Sequence record: NC_041884.1
Reading direction: 5' to 3' (one strand)
DNA: 64,000 nucleotides
In this document: one piece after another, positions 7,495 to 18,361 of the stretch
Layout of the letters: the number at the start of each line of letters is the position of its first letter
Position numbering within the stretch: position 1 is the first letter of the stretch
The notes under the pieces: model-generated
What the model was told of the DNA's origin: nothing
The model's database searches: none
What the model saw: the letters and a program-made list of their open reading frames with translations, nothing else
Translations under genes and position numbers: made by a program

Positions 7495-9135
7495 ATGATT
7501 GATAATCAAGGTCCTATTAAAAGAGACAGAGTTCAGAAGTATGGTAGGAAATCTGGATTACAAGAAGCTAAGAGTTTTGCAGAACGAAATGGAATGAAAA
7601 CCCTTCCCCTTCTTACCAATAAACATAAGAATAAACTCTATCGTAAGAACATAGAAAGAAATGCTAAGTCGAGTAGTCGAGTAATACCTCCTGAGGAGAG
7701 AAAGTTTAAACTTAGTACTATTACAGGTATAGGGAATCAAACAAGTAGTGTAGCAACACCTTTTCTCCCTTCTTCTAGAATTATGAATCCTCCACAACCT
7801 GCTAAATCTAAATATACAAGTTTCTTAGGAGACATGTACAATAAACTCTTAAGTAGTTTTGATAAATCTACAGATCAAGCTATCGGAGGTGCTTTAGGAT
7901 TTACTAACAGAAATGTAGTTCCTGGATTCACTCAAAACACTTCTTCAGGATTAAGTAGATTTGATGTAGGTAATGGAGACCCTTTCAAATACTCAAACAG
8001 GTTTATGAAAGGAGATTTAGATGATCTAAGAGCAGCTTATATTAATGAAGCTGCTAAAGGTGTTAGAGTAAGGGGAGATAATGTAAATCCATTTGATAAC
8101 TCTAGAGGAGCTAGAAATTTAGGTAGGCTTAGACAACTTCAGAATAGAATTAATGGAGGAGGACAAGCTGACTTAATACGAGAATCTAATTCAATTCGAT
8201 CTCAATTAGATGATGTTAAAGGTAGACAAAAGTCTATATTCCCTCCAAGAAATATAGGGCAAGGTCAGAGTAATTATGAAAGCTTAGTTAGACAACAAGA
8301 ATCTTTAGAAGCTAGGCAAGTAGTAGTAAATAGAAAGCTAGAAAGAAATGCTAGGATACTATCTACTGCAAATGAATACTCAGGGGCTACACACATCAAA
8401 GGTTTTTTACCAAAAGAGGGTGTAGGTGGTTATGGCTTAGGAGTAAGCAATTACTTAGCTGCTTCTAGAAAAGAATTGTTTGTACGTGGATTAGGGTTTA
8501 CAGGGGGTATTCTAGGACCTAGCGGTGCAGAAGCTCTAATGAACTCTTTTGGTATTGTAACTGCTAAACAAAGAGCTGTAACTCAATCAAAGGGTCTGCT
8601 AGGAAAAATGTTCTCAGCTGGATTTCAAGCACCTCTTATGACTTATGGTTCTTTGTTATTTACAGCTTCTTCAGGTGGAGACTTATCAGATTTTGTTGAA
8701 ACTCAATTAACATATGCTGGTGGACTTCAAGGATGGAGAATAGGATCTAGTGTAGGAGGTATGCTTACTAAAGGAACTGGGGCTAACCTATCTCAAATTA
8801 AAGGTGGTAATATGATATCAGCTATGAGAGCACAAGGAGGAAGAGCAGTTCTAAGAGGGGCAGCTGGTGTTGTAGGTGGAGTAACAGGTTTTGCATTAGG
8901 TGCAGGACTCGTTGCAGGAGCTTCATGGCTTGCTCAAGATATATCTTCAAATAGGTCAACAATAAGAAAGATAGCTAAAGATTTTACAACTAAAACAGCT
9001 ACAATGAATACTCAAAACACTAGACAATCTTTAACAATGCGACAGATGGCTATAAGTAAACTAGCTAAATCTGGTTTAAATGATAGAGCTACTCTTCTCG
9101 GAAATGAATCTAGAGTACTTAAAGGATTAATGTAA
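7495..9135 (+). CDS. basic, Gly-rich protein with C-terminal hydrophobic helices (candidate internal virion or ejection protein)
   Basis: K/R-rich N-terminus, coiled-coil middle, several GxxxG hydrophobic segments; sits just before terL. Function is inferred. Confidence 0.55.
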   Translation: MIDNQGPIKRDRVQKYGRKSGLQEAKSFAERNGMKTLPLLTNKHKNKLYRKNIERNAKSSSRVIPPEERKFKLSTITGIGNQTSSVATPFLPSSRIMNPPQPAKSKYTSFLGDMYNKLLSSFDKSTDQAIGGALGFTNRNVVPGFTQNTSSGLSRFDVGNGDPFKYSNRFMKGDLDDLRAAYINEAAKGVRVRGDNVNPFDNSRGARNLGRLRQLQNRINGGGQADLIRESNSIRSQLDDVKGRQKSIFPPRNIGQGQSNYESLVRQQESLEARQVVVNRKLERNARILSTANEYSGATHIKGFLPKEGVGGYGLGVSNYLAASRKELFVRGLGFTGGILGPSGAEALMNSFGIVTAKQRAVTQSKGLLGKMFSAGFQAPLMTYGSLLFTASSGGDLSDFVETQLTYAGGLQGWRIGSSVGGMLTKGTGANLSQIKGGNMISAMRAQGGRAVLRGAAGVVGGVTGFALGAGLVAGASWLAQDISSNRSTIRKIAKDFTTKTATMNTQNTRQSLTMRQMAISKLAKSGLNDRATLLGNESRVLKGLM

Positions 9136-9151
9136 TAATTAAAGGGATATT

Positions 9152-11434
9152 ATGAAGAAAATCGAAACTCATACATTAGATGACTATGATGATGAAATGA
9201 ATGAGAAGGATAAACAACTCTTAAAACTTTCTGAGATTCCTTGGAGAGATTATCTTTCTGATAAGAATTATAGTAACGATATTAATACTATGTGTGAAGA
9301 GTGTATTGCTAATCAAATTAAAGAACATGGTTCTCAAGTTATTCCTTGTCAAGGATTAGCAGACGCTAAATCTATGTTAGGAGATGATTTATATACAAAG
9401 ATTACAGAAGGACAAACTAAAGAAGAAGTTGAGCTTCTAAATGCTATGTATGATCCATACGCTTACATGGATACATACCTTGATCTCCCTAACAAAGGTA
9501 AGACATCTAGGCGATTCAAACCGCGCTGGTATCAAGAAAGAATTATACGCTGTTCTGCAAGATCTAAGGTTGTGAGAATGGGTCGTCGCTGTATTCCTGG
9601 GTATGAAAAAGTACTAATGTCTGATAATACTTATAAACGTATAGATGAAATTAGTATTGGGGATAAAGTATTATCTTGGAATAACAATCAACTAGTAGAA
9701 AGACAAGTAACTAATCATTGGGATAATGGTATTAAAGAAGTGTTTAGAATTTCTTTAAGTAATGGAAAGAAAATTGATTGTACCTCTAACCATCCATTAT
9801 TAACTTATAAAAATGGTAAGCAAATTTGGTTATCCTTGGAAAATGGTCTAGATGTAGGAAGCTTAGTAACAATTCTAGAAGGATCTTCTTTTGAATTTAC
9901 ATCAATTCACTCTATTCGTTCTTTAGGAAAGATGCAGACTTTTGATATATCTATCAAAGAAGATCATAACTTCATTGTAAATGATATTGTGTGCCATAAC
10001 ACTGGTAAGACAATGGCACTAGCAATTCTTATTCTTCATCGTTTAATAACAAAAGAAAAATATCGTGTACTTCTTGTATCACCTTATCAAGTACAAACAG
10101 AGGAAGTTGTAGATAATATTAAGAATTTGTGTAGACTGCTACCAGATAACCCTCTTGTAAGTTCTAAAGCTTCACCTAACCACGTACTAACATTTAATAC
10201 AGGTTCAGTCCTTAAAGGATTTACAGCTGCAACATCAGCAGACTCTGTACGTGGACAGCCAGCTGACTTACTAGTAGTCGATGAGATTGATGACGTTAGT
10301 GAAAAAGCGATGATTTCTATTATGGGTATTAAAATGGATAACCCTGATGTGGAAGTCTGGAGATCAGGTACTCCTAAAGGAGAAGTAAACTTACATAAAG
10401 CTGAACAAGAGATAACTTCTAAATGTTTCCATTATCCTTCTTTTGTAATTCCACACTATAGTGATGCTATGGATAAGGAGTTAAGAGCAGATTTAGGTGA
10501 AATTGGTTTTATTCAAGAAGTAATTGCAGATTTTGGTAGCACTTCTAATGGTGTTTTCCAACCTATGTTTATTTCTAGAGCTCAGCAAAGAGCAGAGTTT
10601 ATCTCTCCTGAAGATGTATTAAGAGATAGAAGTAGATTTATAGTAACTATAGGTGTTGATTGGAACCATGATCAAGTCGGAACAAGAATTGTAGTAATTG
10701 CATATGATAAGCTAAATCCTCAATTTAGAATCATTGAGAAAGCAGCTATATCTCTAGTAGGGTATACACAACAAGCTGCTATGGAAAAGATCATTCATCT
10801 TAATAGGAAATATAATTGTGACCATATATTCTGTGATGAAGGCTTCGGTGCTACTCAAATAGGAGATTTAAAACGAGTTGGTGAATCATCTATAGGAAAA
10901 GTTCCTAAAGGCCATCCAGACTTAAAATTGTTAGATGTACAATCTGTAAACTTCTCATCCAATACAGAATTTAGAGATCCTATCTCAGGTGAGATGTATA
11001 AGACACCTACAAAACAATTTGCTGTTCAAAACACTGTGTTAATGTTAGAACGAGATATGTTATCTTTGCACCCTAAAGAAGATAATGATATCATTCTGCA
11101 AATGAAAAACTATATTGAAAAGTCAAGGACCCAAAATAGAATAGTATATTCATATCTAAGTAAAAAGATTGGAGACCATGATCTAGATGCATTTATGATT
11201 GGATTATATGGCTATAGAAAAATCTATTCATCATTATTTGAAGGTTCCGTATTTCAAGCAATGATTAAGTTTGCAAACAAATCAGACCCAGGTAGTACTG
11301 AAAATAACTCTCCAGAAGTAATTCCAGAAGATATTTTGATGCACTCTCCTGTAAGATTCGGAAAAACATTAAAACAATTTAACCCAAGATTAAATAAGAT
11401 TGGAATCGGGGGTAAGTCAAGAAGGAGAATCTAA
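9152..11434 (+). CDS. terL: terminase large subunit (intein-containing)
   Basis: Walker A GRR|TGKT split by an intein, Walker B LLVVDE, coupling motif SGTP, nuclease motifs IGVDWN, DEGFG, DHDLDA. Confidence 0.95.
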   Translation: MKKIETHTLDDYDDEMNEKDKQLLKLSEIPWRDYLSDKNYSNDINTMCEECIANQIKEHGSQVIPCQGLADAKSMLGDDLYTKITEGQTKEEVELLNAMYDPYAYMDTYLDLPNKGKTSRRFKPRWYQERIIRCSARSKVVRMGRRCIPGYEKVLMSDNTYKRIDEISIGDKVLSWNNNQLVERQVTNHWDNGIKEVFRISLSNGKKIDCTSNHPLLTYKNGKQIWLSLENGLDVGSLVTILEGSSFEFTSIHSIRSLGKMQTFDISIKEDHNFIVNDIVCHNTGKTMALAILILHRLITKEKYRVLLVSPYQVQTEEVVDNIKNLCRLLPDNPLVSSKASPNHVLTFNTGSVLKGFTAATSADSVRGQPADLLVVDEIDDVSEKAMISIMGIKMDNPDVEVWRSGTPKGEVNLHKAEQEITSKCFHYPSFVIPHYSDAMDKELRADLGEIGFIQEVIADFGSTSNGVFQPMFISRAQQRAEFISPEDVLRDRSRFIVTIGVDWNHDQVGTRIVVIAYDKLNPQFRIIEKAAISLVGYTQQAAMEKIIHLNRKYNCDHIFCDEGFGATQIGDLKRVGESSIGKVPKGHPDLKLLDVQSVNFSSNTEFRDPISGEMYKTPTKQFAVQNTVLMLERDMLSLHPKEDNDIILQMKNYIEKSRTQNRIVYSYLSKKIGDHDLDAFMIGLYGYRKIYSSLFEGSVFQAMIKFANKSDPGSTENNSPEVIPEDILMHSPVRFGKTLKQFNPRLNKIGIGGKSRRRI
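9590..10000 (+). mobile_element. mini-intein (137 aa) in the TerL Walker A motif
   Basis: Starts CIPGYE, block B TSNHPL, ends FDISIKEDHNFIVNDIVCHN followed by Thr+1. Confidence 0.95.
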
Positions 11435-11435
11435 T

Positions 11436-11846
11436 ATGAGCTATGTTATAAACACTAATGAGTCTATCTCTACGATGGCTCTAGCCGTTTATGATGAAAG
11501 AGATGAAGTATTAAAAGAAGTATCTGAAACAGATTTAATATTTACAGTTAAAGCTAATCAACGAAATATTAAAAGACTGTATCTGATAGGAGATTTGCTT
11601 TACACTAATAGTGTAACAATTTCTGTAACTGTTTCAGATACAACTCAGTACACTGCTAAGGTATTAGCAGGTCTTGAGTTTACAAGATATAGTGATTTTG
11701 CAGATAAAACTAATACAATCACTATTAATTACAATACAGCATCTCACAAGTTCTTAAATGCTTTAGCAGTAGATATTCTTTTAGAATCTAAGACTTTCTC
11801 TACAACAGATGTTCCACTTTCCATAACAATAGGAGTAAATTCATGA
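11436..11846 (+). CDS. hypothetical protein (beta-rich, probably virion)
   Basis: ATG 11436 after AGGAG preferred to the track start at 11400; in the structural operon. Confidence 0.7.
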   Translation: MSYVINTNESISTMALAVYDERDEVLKEVSETDLIFTVKANQRNIKRLYLIGDLLYTNSVTISVTVSDTTQYTAKVLAGLEFTRYSDFADKTNTITINYNTASHKFLNALAVDILLESKTFSTTDVPLSITIGVNS

Positions 11847-12523
11847 TTATTTTAGATGAGTCTCCTTTAGCTTTAGGATATTTTGACACAGTGTTAGGAG
11901 GGATTAAAGAAGTAAATAATATTAAATTTAATTTAAATCCTTTTGAGACTAAACTATTTACTTTATACATATACGGGTCTAGTTTAGAAGTTGGTAATTC
12001 AATAGCTCTTTCTACAGCAGTTAGAGAGCTAGTTAGTCAGATAAGAATAAAAGTATCTATTGAAGGATCTCTATTTGAAACTAAGTATTGGACAAATATA
12101 GATAGTACTACTGTCATGGCTACTGCGGAACCTATAAAAGTTTTAGTAGAAGTGACAAACACAAGGTATACAGAGTTAAACAGCTCTATCATTTTCTCTC
12201 TATCACACTTTAAAGGGGAGTACTTACAAGCTATCAGTTATTATGGCGCTCTAGATACGACACCAAATGGCTATAAAGTATTGAAAGTTAATCCAGAAAT
12301 ATTTAAAGATAGAATGATTACAATAATTCCTACACCAGATAATTCAGGGACTACATACTTAGCTTACTCGCATGGAAATTCTCTTATAATTTTAGACAAT
12401 GGTACAGCTATCCCTTACAATCCTGTAGAGAGTATTATAATAGATAACAAAGAAGCTATAGTTTCAGGTCCTGGGTACTACAAATGGGACACTGGTGAAT
12501 TTATACAGTGGGAGGATATGTAA
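11843..12523 (+). CDS. hypothetical protein
   Basis: 226-aa ORF, ATGA-coupled to the upstream gene. Confidence 0.7.
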   Translation: MIILDESPLALGYFDTVLGGIKEVNNIKFNLNPFETKLFTLYIYGSSLEVGNSIALSTAVRELVSQIRIKVSIEGSLFETKYWTNIDSTTVMATAEPIKVLVEVTNTRYTELNSSIIFSLSHFKGEYLQAISYYGALDTTPNGYKVLKVNPEIFKDRMITIIPTPDNSGTTYLAYSHGNSLIILDNGTAIPYNPVESIIIDNKEAIVSGPGYYKWDTGEFIQWEDM

Positions 12524-12777
12524 TGTTAAGTGCAGAAGAAAAAGCTTTATATGACTCAAGTATTAATGCTTCAGAAGATTTACGAATGAAGTTAAGTAAG
12601 ATACGTATTAAAGTTAGTGGTAAGGATAGTCCAAGAGTCATATCAGCTATAACAGCTTTATTCGGAGTAGAATATATAAACTCCCAAGGAGATTCATATA
12701 TTACATATGATATGTACTGCTCTGTTATTAATTTAATTAGAACTCTAGGAACCACTACTGCTGAGGAGATGTTATGA
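12523..12777 (+). CDS. hypothetical protein
   Basis: TAATG coupling at 12523, GGAGG SD. Confidence 0.65.
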   Translation: MLSAEEKALYDSSINASEDLRMKLSKIRIKVSGKDSPRVISAITALFGVEYINSQGDSYITYDMYCSVINLIRTLGTTTAEEML

Positions 12778-13280
12778 GTAATGTAAACTTTTCCGCTTTT
12801 ATGGATGACACTCAAAATACTTATGCAATGAAGGATATAGCTGAAGCTTATATGCAAATGTATCAATATGCTGCTGAAGATTTTACATCTCAACCTGATA
12901 TTGATACATATATTAAAGCTGTAACAGCATGGATGAAGTCTGTAGATAAGAGATTAACTCAACAAATGATGTTAATCTCTTCACATACACATATGATTCC
13001 TCCTCACGCTCATCCTGGAGGTAAAGGAGGTCCAATACCTTTAATTACACTGACTCCTATCAATGCAGCTTCTATTAAATGGGCAGCTATTCCTTATCCT
13101 CAGTATATTAATACAACTTTAACAATACCTAATATGAGTGGTAACTTTATAGCAACCTCTATAGCGTCTGAAGGAAGTATTTGGCCTAAGATTAGAAGAG
13201 CTAAACAAATACCTATCACTCTAAAACCCCTACTATCTCCTACGTTACAAGATAGTTTGAAATCAACAGTAGGTGGATAA
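12774..13280 (+). CDS. hypothetical protein with paired HxH motifs
   Basis: SHTHMIPPHAHPGGKGG; coupled ORF. Confidence 0.7.
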   Translation: MSNVNFSAFMDDTQNTYAMKDIAEAYMQMYQYAAEDFTSQPDIDTYIKAVTAWMKSVDKRLTQQMMLISSHTHMIPPHAHPGGKGGPIPLITLTPINAASIKWAAIPYPQYINTTLTIPNMSGNFIATSIASEGSIWPKIRRAKQIPITLKPLLSPTLQDSLKSTVGG

Positions 13281-14944
13281 TGGATTTAACATATAAAGAA
13301 CAGAACACAAACTCCTCAGAGATACTATACAACTGTGAATTAATTGCTAGTACATTTGCTGATGCTTTAAAACAAAACAACTGTATGCTAATGCTTGCAG
13401 TTGGGCTACATCAAGAATTAAATGATGCTATTAAAGATTTAGAGGATATTTCTAGAACAATAGATGATACAGATAAAGAGTTAAATGATTTAGAAGAATC
13501 TCTTGATCAAACAATCTTAGATAGTGTTCAAAGTATAATTAATGAAAGTAAAGCTAAGTGTTATTCATGTAAACTATCAATGCCTGAATTAGAGTTTAAC
13601 TTTGATTTAAATGCTATCTTAGGTAGACTACAAGCTCTCTTTAATATATATACGGATATGTTTAAAGTCGGTAAGTTAGATCTATGTCAAGCTGCTTATT
13701 CAATTAGAAACTCTTGTCTACCTGATATTCTAAAATTAATTATTTTACTTTTAACTGCTTATGCGTCTATAATGATGTTGAAAAATATTTCTAGTATTTC
13801 TCTACTTGCTTTCATAAAAGGTGTATTACAAACTCTTATATCCAAGATATTTTCAAGCCTTAAAATATCTGTAGGTATAGGTTCTACTAATATTTCATGT
13901 ATTATTAATGCTTTTAAAGAAATAGCTGACTCTTTAGTTCCAACTAATGAAAGAATTATTCAAAATTTAGATAGGGAATCTCAGATAGCATTAGGTATAG
14001 TGCAAGAAACAGATCATTCCCCACTCTATAATCAATACGTAGAAGACTTAGATACAGGCATTAATAAGATTACTAAAGAAGCAAGTGAGCTTGATAATAA
14101 CATAGAAAAGTTAGAAAGCCAGTTGAATGAAACATTCTCTAAAGTATCAGAAGTTCTCACCAGTTCTACTAAAGAAGTTAACGACTATATTGCAAATCTA
14201 TTAGGACTTAAAACATCATTTGAATGTGAATCTAAAAGAAGTGGAACTGATGTTTCTGATGTAATGGTGAAAGTAAACAATTTAATTCAAGTGTTAAATT
14301 TACTATCAGCAGTTGCTGTAGCAATAGCTAAGAAAGAAGCTAGGGATAGAATATGCTCTACAAGTAATCGTATTAGTAACATATCTACTAACGATGTATC
14401 TGATGTTCAAATGAAAGATATAGTAGAAGAGTACTATCAGAAGGAAGCTGAGATTGTTGAGAATGAAGATAATGGTATTCAAATTATTATTTATGATAAA
14501 CCAAAACCAAGTGTTCTCCCAAAATTAGATTTACTAGATTGTTCTATTAATGACTTTACCACTTCTCACACTATTGATAACATTATTAAGGTAACAGAAG
14601 ACGCTGTAAGAGAAGAATTAGATAGGCCTACAAGACCCAATACATCAACAGATGGAAATACTAATACTTATGTAGTTACTAAGCCTCCTATTAATGTATT
14701 AAATAATATTGATAATATTATGAGTTTATTATATGATGATCCAAATATTGCAGATGATATTTTATCTGATTTGACTTCTTCATTACCTTCTGATACTGTT
14801 GCAACTGATGAGATAATCAACCCTATTGGAAAAGGAGGGTTTGAAATAAATACAGATATGTTTAATATTAACAATAAGAACTCTTCTCTTAATTGTAGAT
14901 CAATAGAAGATGTTATGACAGTTTTAAAAAGCTTAAGGAGTTAA
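13280..14944 (+). CDS. acidic coiled-coil protein with Cys motifs, unknown function
   Basis: Heptad-rich segments, KCYSCK motif; immediately upstream of the portal gene. Confidence 0.7.
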   Translation: MDLTYKEQNTNSSEILYNCELIASTFADALKQNNCMLMLAVGLHQELNDAIKDLEDISRTIDDTDKELNDLEESLDQTILDSVQSIINESKAKCYSCKLSMPELEFNFDLNAILGRLQALFNIYTDMFKVGKLDLCQAAYSIRNSCLPDILKLIILLLTAYASIMMLKNISSISLLAFIKGVLQTLISKIFSSLKISVGIGSTNISCIINAFKEIADSLVPTNERIIQNLDRESQIALGIVQETDHSPLYNQYVEDLDTGINKITKEASELDNNIEKLESQLNETFSKVSEVLTSSTKEVNDYIANLLGLKTSFECESKRSGTDVSDVMVKVNNLIQVLNLLSAVAVAIAKKEARDRICSTSNRISNISTNDVSDVQMKDIVEEYYQKEAEIVENEDNGIQIIIYDKPKPSVLPKLDLLDCSINDFTTSHTIDNIIKVTEDAVREELDRPTRPNTSTDGNTNTYVVTKPPINVLNNIDNIMSLLYDDPNIADDILSDLTSSLPSDTVATDEIINPIGKGGFEINTDMFNINNKNSSLNCRSIEDVMTVLKSLRS

Positions 14945-14946
14945 TA

Positions 14947-16539
14947 GTGGTAGTCTTAAATACTAACCTACGTAATACTAGAAGTCTTAGTATCGAAGAT
15001 GCACAACAGGCAATTAATTTTAAACAAGTAGGGACTCAGAACTATAGATATGTAGTTCATCGTTTACTTGGTTTATCTCCAGATCAATATACAGATATGG
15101 AATATGACTTGTCTGAATCTTCAAGAATTATTGATACTGAAGCTTTTGTAGCTGAAACGTTTAGAAAGAAAAGACAGTTAATTATAAAAAATGGTTTTGT
15201 TCTAGAAGGATTAGATCAAAAGAATATAGACTATATTAATAAAAGATTAGAAGAGTTTGAATATGTTTCTCAACAAACTTTTAGAGACTTCTTGTATGAA
15301 GTAGTTGAGAATATGGTTAATTTCAATAATTGCTTCATTCTCAAATATAGAAAAGAAGAATCATCTAGCGGAGAAATTAGATCTATACCATCAGGGAAAA
15401 CCTTTAAACCTATTGCTGGATTATATGTATTAGCTGCTCCTACTATAGATACAGCTAATAATCCTAAAACAGGACGTATAGTTAAATATAGACATCGAGT
15501 AAGTGAGAAGTACAGTAAAACCTTTAATCCTTCTGATATATACCATATACATGAAAACAGAAGAACAGGTATGACTATTGGTACTCCTCCACTAGAAGCT
15601 GTTAAAGATGATATTATAGCTTTAAGAAGTATTGAACAAAGAACGGAAGAAATAATCCAAAGAAATGCTTCTCCTTTCATTCATGTTAAAGTAGGTAATG
15701 ATAATCAGCCTGCCAGACTTTTAGGAGATGGAACTTCAGAAGTAGATATTTATTCTTCTATTATAGACAATATGGATGATTCAGGAGGTGTAGCTACACC
15801 TCACAGAGTAGATATAAAGCAGTTAGGTTCTGAATCTCAAGCTTTACGTTTAGAAGGATATCTAAACTATTTCAAAGCTAGAGTATTAGCAGGATTATCT
15901 ATATCTGAAGCAGATTTAGGTGGAAGCCAAGAAGGTGATGGAGTATATGAATCTCTTAGAGAAGATGTAAGAGCTTACCAAATAACTATTGCTGAATTCA
16001 TAACTAATTATATATTTACAGAACTCTTATTAGAATCTCCTAGATATAGAAACAGTGTATACATTCCTAAAACTGAAAGAGTTACCTTCAAGTTTATTGA
16101 AGCTGATGAGGATAGACGTATTAAATTAGAGTCTCATGCTCTTAACCTATTCATCTCAGGTTTAATAAGTAAAAAGGCAGCAATCAGAGGTACACAATAT
16201 ACAGAAGAAGACTTAGCACCAGATATTATTGAAGAAGATACTTCAATTAATAAAAACAATAGTGTAAAAGCTTCTATTACTAATAATGTAGTATCTAATA
16301 AAAATCAGTACACAGAAAAGATGGCAATTAAAGATAATGTTGCATATGAAAATTATTTTGATTATGATGTTGACATGTTTAAAGAAAAAGTGTTTAATGC
16401 TTTTCCTAAAGACCTCTTCCCTAGTTCACTGATTACACATCTATATACTAAAGCATTAGACATAAGAACTAAATATAGTTTAAACTATACAAATAAATTC
16501 ATTTCTAATGTATTAGAACAATGGGTCTTAGAAAATTAA
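14947..16539 (+). CDS. portal protein
   Basis: Position between terL and the protease; IYHIHE...IGTPPLEAV.DDI.ALR.IE clip/stem-like motif; GTG start after AGGAG. Confidence 0.85.
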   Translation: MVVLNTNLRNTRSLSIEDAQQAINFKQVGTQNYRYVVHRLLGLSPDQYTDMEYDLSESSRIIDTEAFVAETFRKKRQLIIKNGFVLEGLDQKNIDYINKRLEEFEYVSQQTFRDFLYEVVENMVNFNNCFILKYRKEESSSGEIRSIPSGKTFKPIAGLYVLAAPTIDTANNPKTGRIVKYRHRVSEKYSKTFNPSDIYHIHENRRTGMTIGTPPLEAVKDDIIALRSIEQRTEEIIQRNASPFIHVKVGNDNQPARLLGDGTSEVDIYSSIIDNMDDSGGVATPHRVDIKQLGSESQALRLEGYLNYFKARVLAGLSISEADLGGSQEGDGVYESLREDVRAYQITIAEFITNYIFTELLLESPRYRNSVYIPKTERVTFKFIEADEDRRIKLESHALNLFISGLISKKAAIRGTQYTEEDLAPDIIEEDTSINKNNSVKASITNNVVSNKNQYTEKMAIKDNVAYENYFDYDVDMFKEKVFNAFPKDLFPSSLITHLYTKALDIRTKYSLNYTNKFISNVLEQWVLEN

Positions 16540-16551
16540 GGATATCTATAC

Positions 16552-18333
16552 ATGAGAATAAACTCAAAAGAAACTTACCAAGTAGGTCATATGCCTATTA
16601 AAGATTCTTCTAAAGCTGTTTCGATTAGAATTGAAGCTGCTCATGCAGGGATTGTAAATGGTAATTATATCTTTTATACTCCTAAAGCTTTAGAACAAGG
16701 AAGTAGATCTTTAAAAGAGTTTTTTAAACCTTTACAAAAGCAACACTATGATAAAACCTTAGGTTATATTTATGATGCTGTTTTTGAACCTAAATCAAAT
16801 TCTAGACACTTAGATAATATTAACTCAGCAAAAACTGCTACAGACTTAGTACGAGCAGTTAAAGACTATTATAAATCAGAAGAATATAAGAAGAACTCAG
16901 AAGGGTTTGGAGTGCTTATCTCGAAAGCTAAACTTTATAACCAATCTAAGATTAAGACACTTCTTCGAAAAGATAAAGGTCATGTATCAATTGCAGGAGA
17001 TTCAGAAGGAGCTTTATGTAGTATCTGTTCTGGAATTGTTACTGAGTGTGAACACGAATTAGGTAATCGATATGGCAACGAAGTTTGTTTTGCTATTGCT
17101 GATAATCTAGAATTAGATCATATCTCTTTTGAAGAGATTCCTGCTAACTGGAAAACAAATACACTAATCATCACTGATTCACAATTATTAGGTAAAATAG
17201 AACTAATAGAAGGACAAACAATGAAATTAACCTTAGATGAATTAAAACAACGTTTAGAGAATATTGAAGATGTTCTTACTGAATTAGGTTTATCTGAATA
17301 TTTAACAGAATATAAAACCACTTTAGAAACAGCTTCAGCTACAGACTTTCTTTTCCCTAAAGAAAAGCTAGTACCTTTAAACTCTAAACTAGCTGTTATC
17401 GTAGCTACTAAGTTACTTGATCTATTAGATGAAACAGAAGAAAAAACAACTGTTGCATCAATTGTAGAAAAAGAGTATAAAGAAGTTCTTGGTGAAACAA
17501 CTCTAGAAGATGCTATAGAAGCTCTTAAAGTTGTAGAAGAAGACACTAAAACTGTAGAGGAAGATTCTACAGATACAGTAGAAGATGATACAACTACCAA
17601 AGAAGAAACTACTTCAGTAGAAGAGAATGCAGAGTCTAAAGAAACTGTTCTAGAAGTTACTGATGCTGATCAAATTGCTTTAAAGATTATAGATAGTTTA
17701 CAAGCTATTGTAGATACTAAGTTTGAAGAACTAGAATCTAAGCTTAATGAAGCTATTGCAGCTAAAGAGAAAAAAGCTTCTATTCAAATCTATGAAGACA
17801 GATACGAAGCTGTTCAGACAGAACTACGAGTAGCTAAAGAAGCTGAAAAACAGTTAGAAGACGAATTAAAATCTAGTCTATTAACACAAATTTTACTTCT
17901 TAAGAAAGTTGATGTAGAATCTGAATACTATCAAAAGCTTCAAAGTCGTTCTTTAAATGAATTAAAAATGACTTTAGAAGATCATCAAGCATATGCTGAA
18001 TCAGTAACATTTACTGCAACAAAGGAAGAAGTTAAAGACGAATCTTTAGCTATTACCGATTCTCAAAAAGAGAAAACAGTTACAACTGACTCAGTACCTG
18101 GTGCTGAAGCTATCGATACTATGTCAGATAGTGAAGACGAGACAAAAGAAACTAAAACTGCTCTAGAAGTTCAGGATGCAGATGCTATTGTCAACAAAAT
18201 CTTAGCGGGCTTAGGTAATGATCCATTATCTAAAGGTGAATACTCTATGTTGTACAAAACAACTGCTATTCAACACGGTATTGCAACCGCTAAAAAACTA
18301 CACACTGTTTTAAAACAACAATTTAAAATTTAA
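16552..18333 (+). CDS. prohead protease fused to an acidic scaffold domain
   Basis: EAAHAG, HVSIAG, ELDHISFEEIPA protease-like motifs with a CSIC...CEH insert; E/T/K-rich coiled-coil C-terminal half. Confidence 0.8.
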   Translation: MRINSKETYQVGHMPIKDSSKAVSIRIEAAHAGIVNGNYIFYTPKALEQGSRSLKEFFKPLQKQHYDKTLGYIYDAVFEPKSNSRHLDNINSAKTATDLVRAVKDYYKSEEYKKNSEGFGVLISKAKLYNQSKIKTLLRKDKGHVSIAGDSEGALCSICSGIVTECEHELGNRYGNEVCFAIADNLELDHISFEEIPANWKTNTLIITDSQLLGKIELIEGQTMKLTLDELKQRLENIEDVLTELGLSEYLTEYKTTLETASATDFLFPKEKLVPLNSKLAVIVATKLLDLLDETEEKTTVASIVEKEYKEVLGETTLEDAIEALKVVEEDTKTVEEDSTDTVEDDTTTKEETTSVEENAESKETVLEVTDADQIALKIIDSLQAIVDTKFEELESKLNEAIAAKEKKASIQIYEDRYEAVQTELRVAKEAEKQLEDELKSSLLTQILLLKKVDVESEYYQKLQSRSLNELKMTLEDHQAYAESVTFTATKEEVKDESLAITDSQKEKTVTTDSVPGAEAIDTMSDSEDETKETKTALEVQDADAIVNKILAGLGNDPLSKGEYSMLYKTTAIQHGIATAKKLHTVLKQQFKI

Positions 18334-18361
18334 ATAAAAACTCTCTTGGAGAATAAAATAT

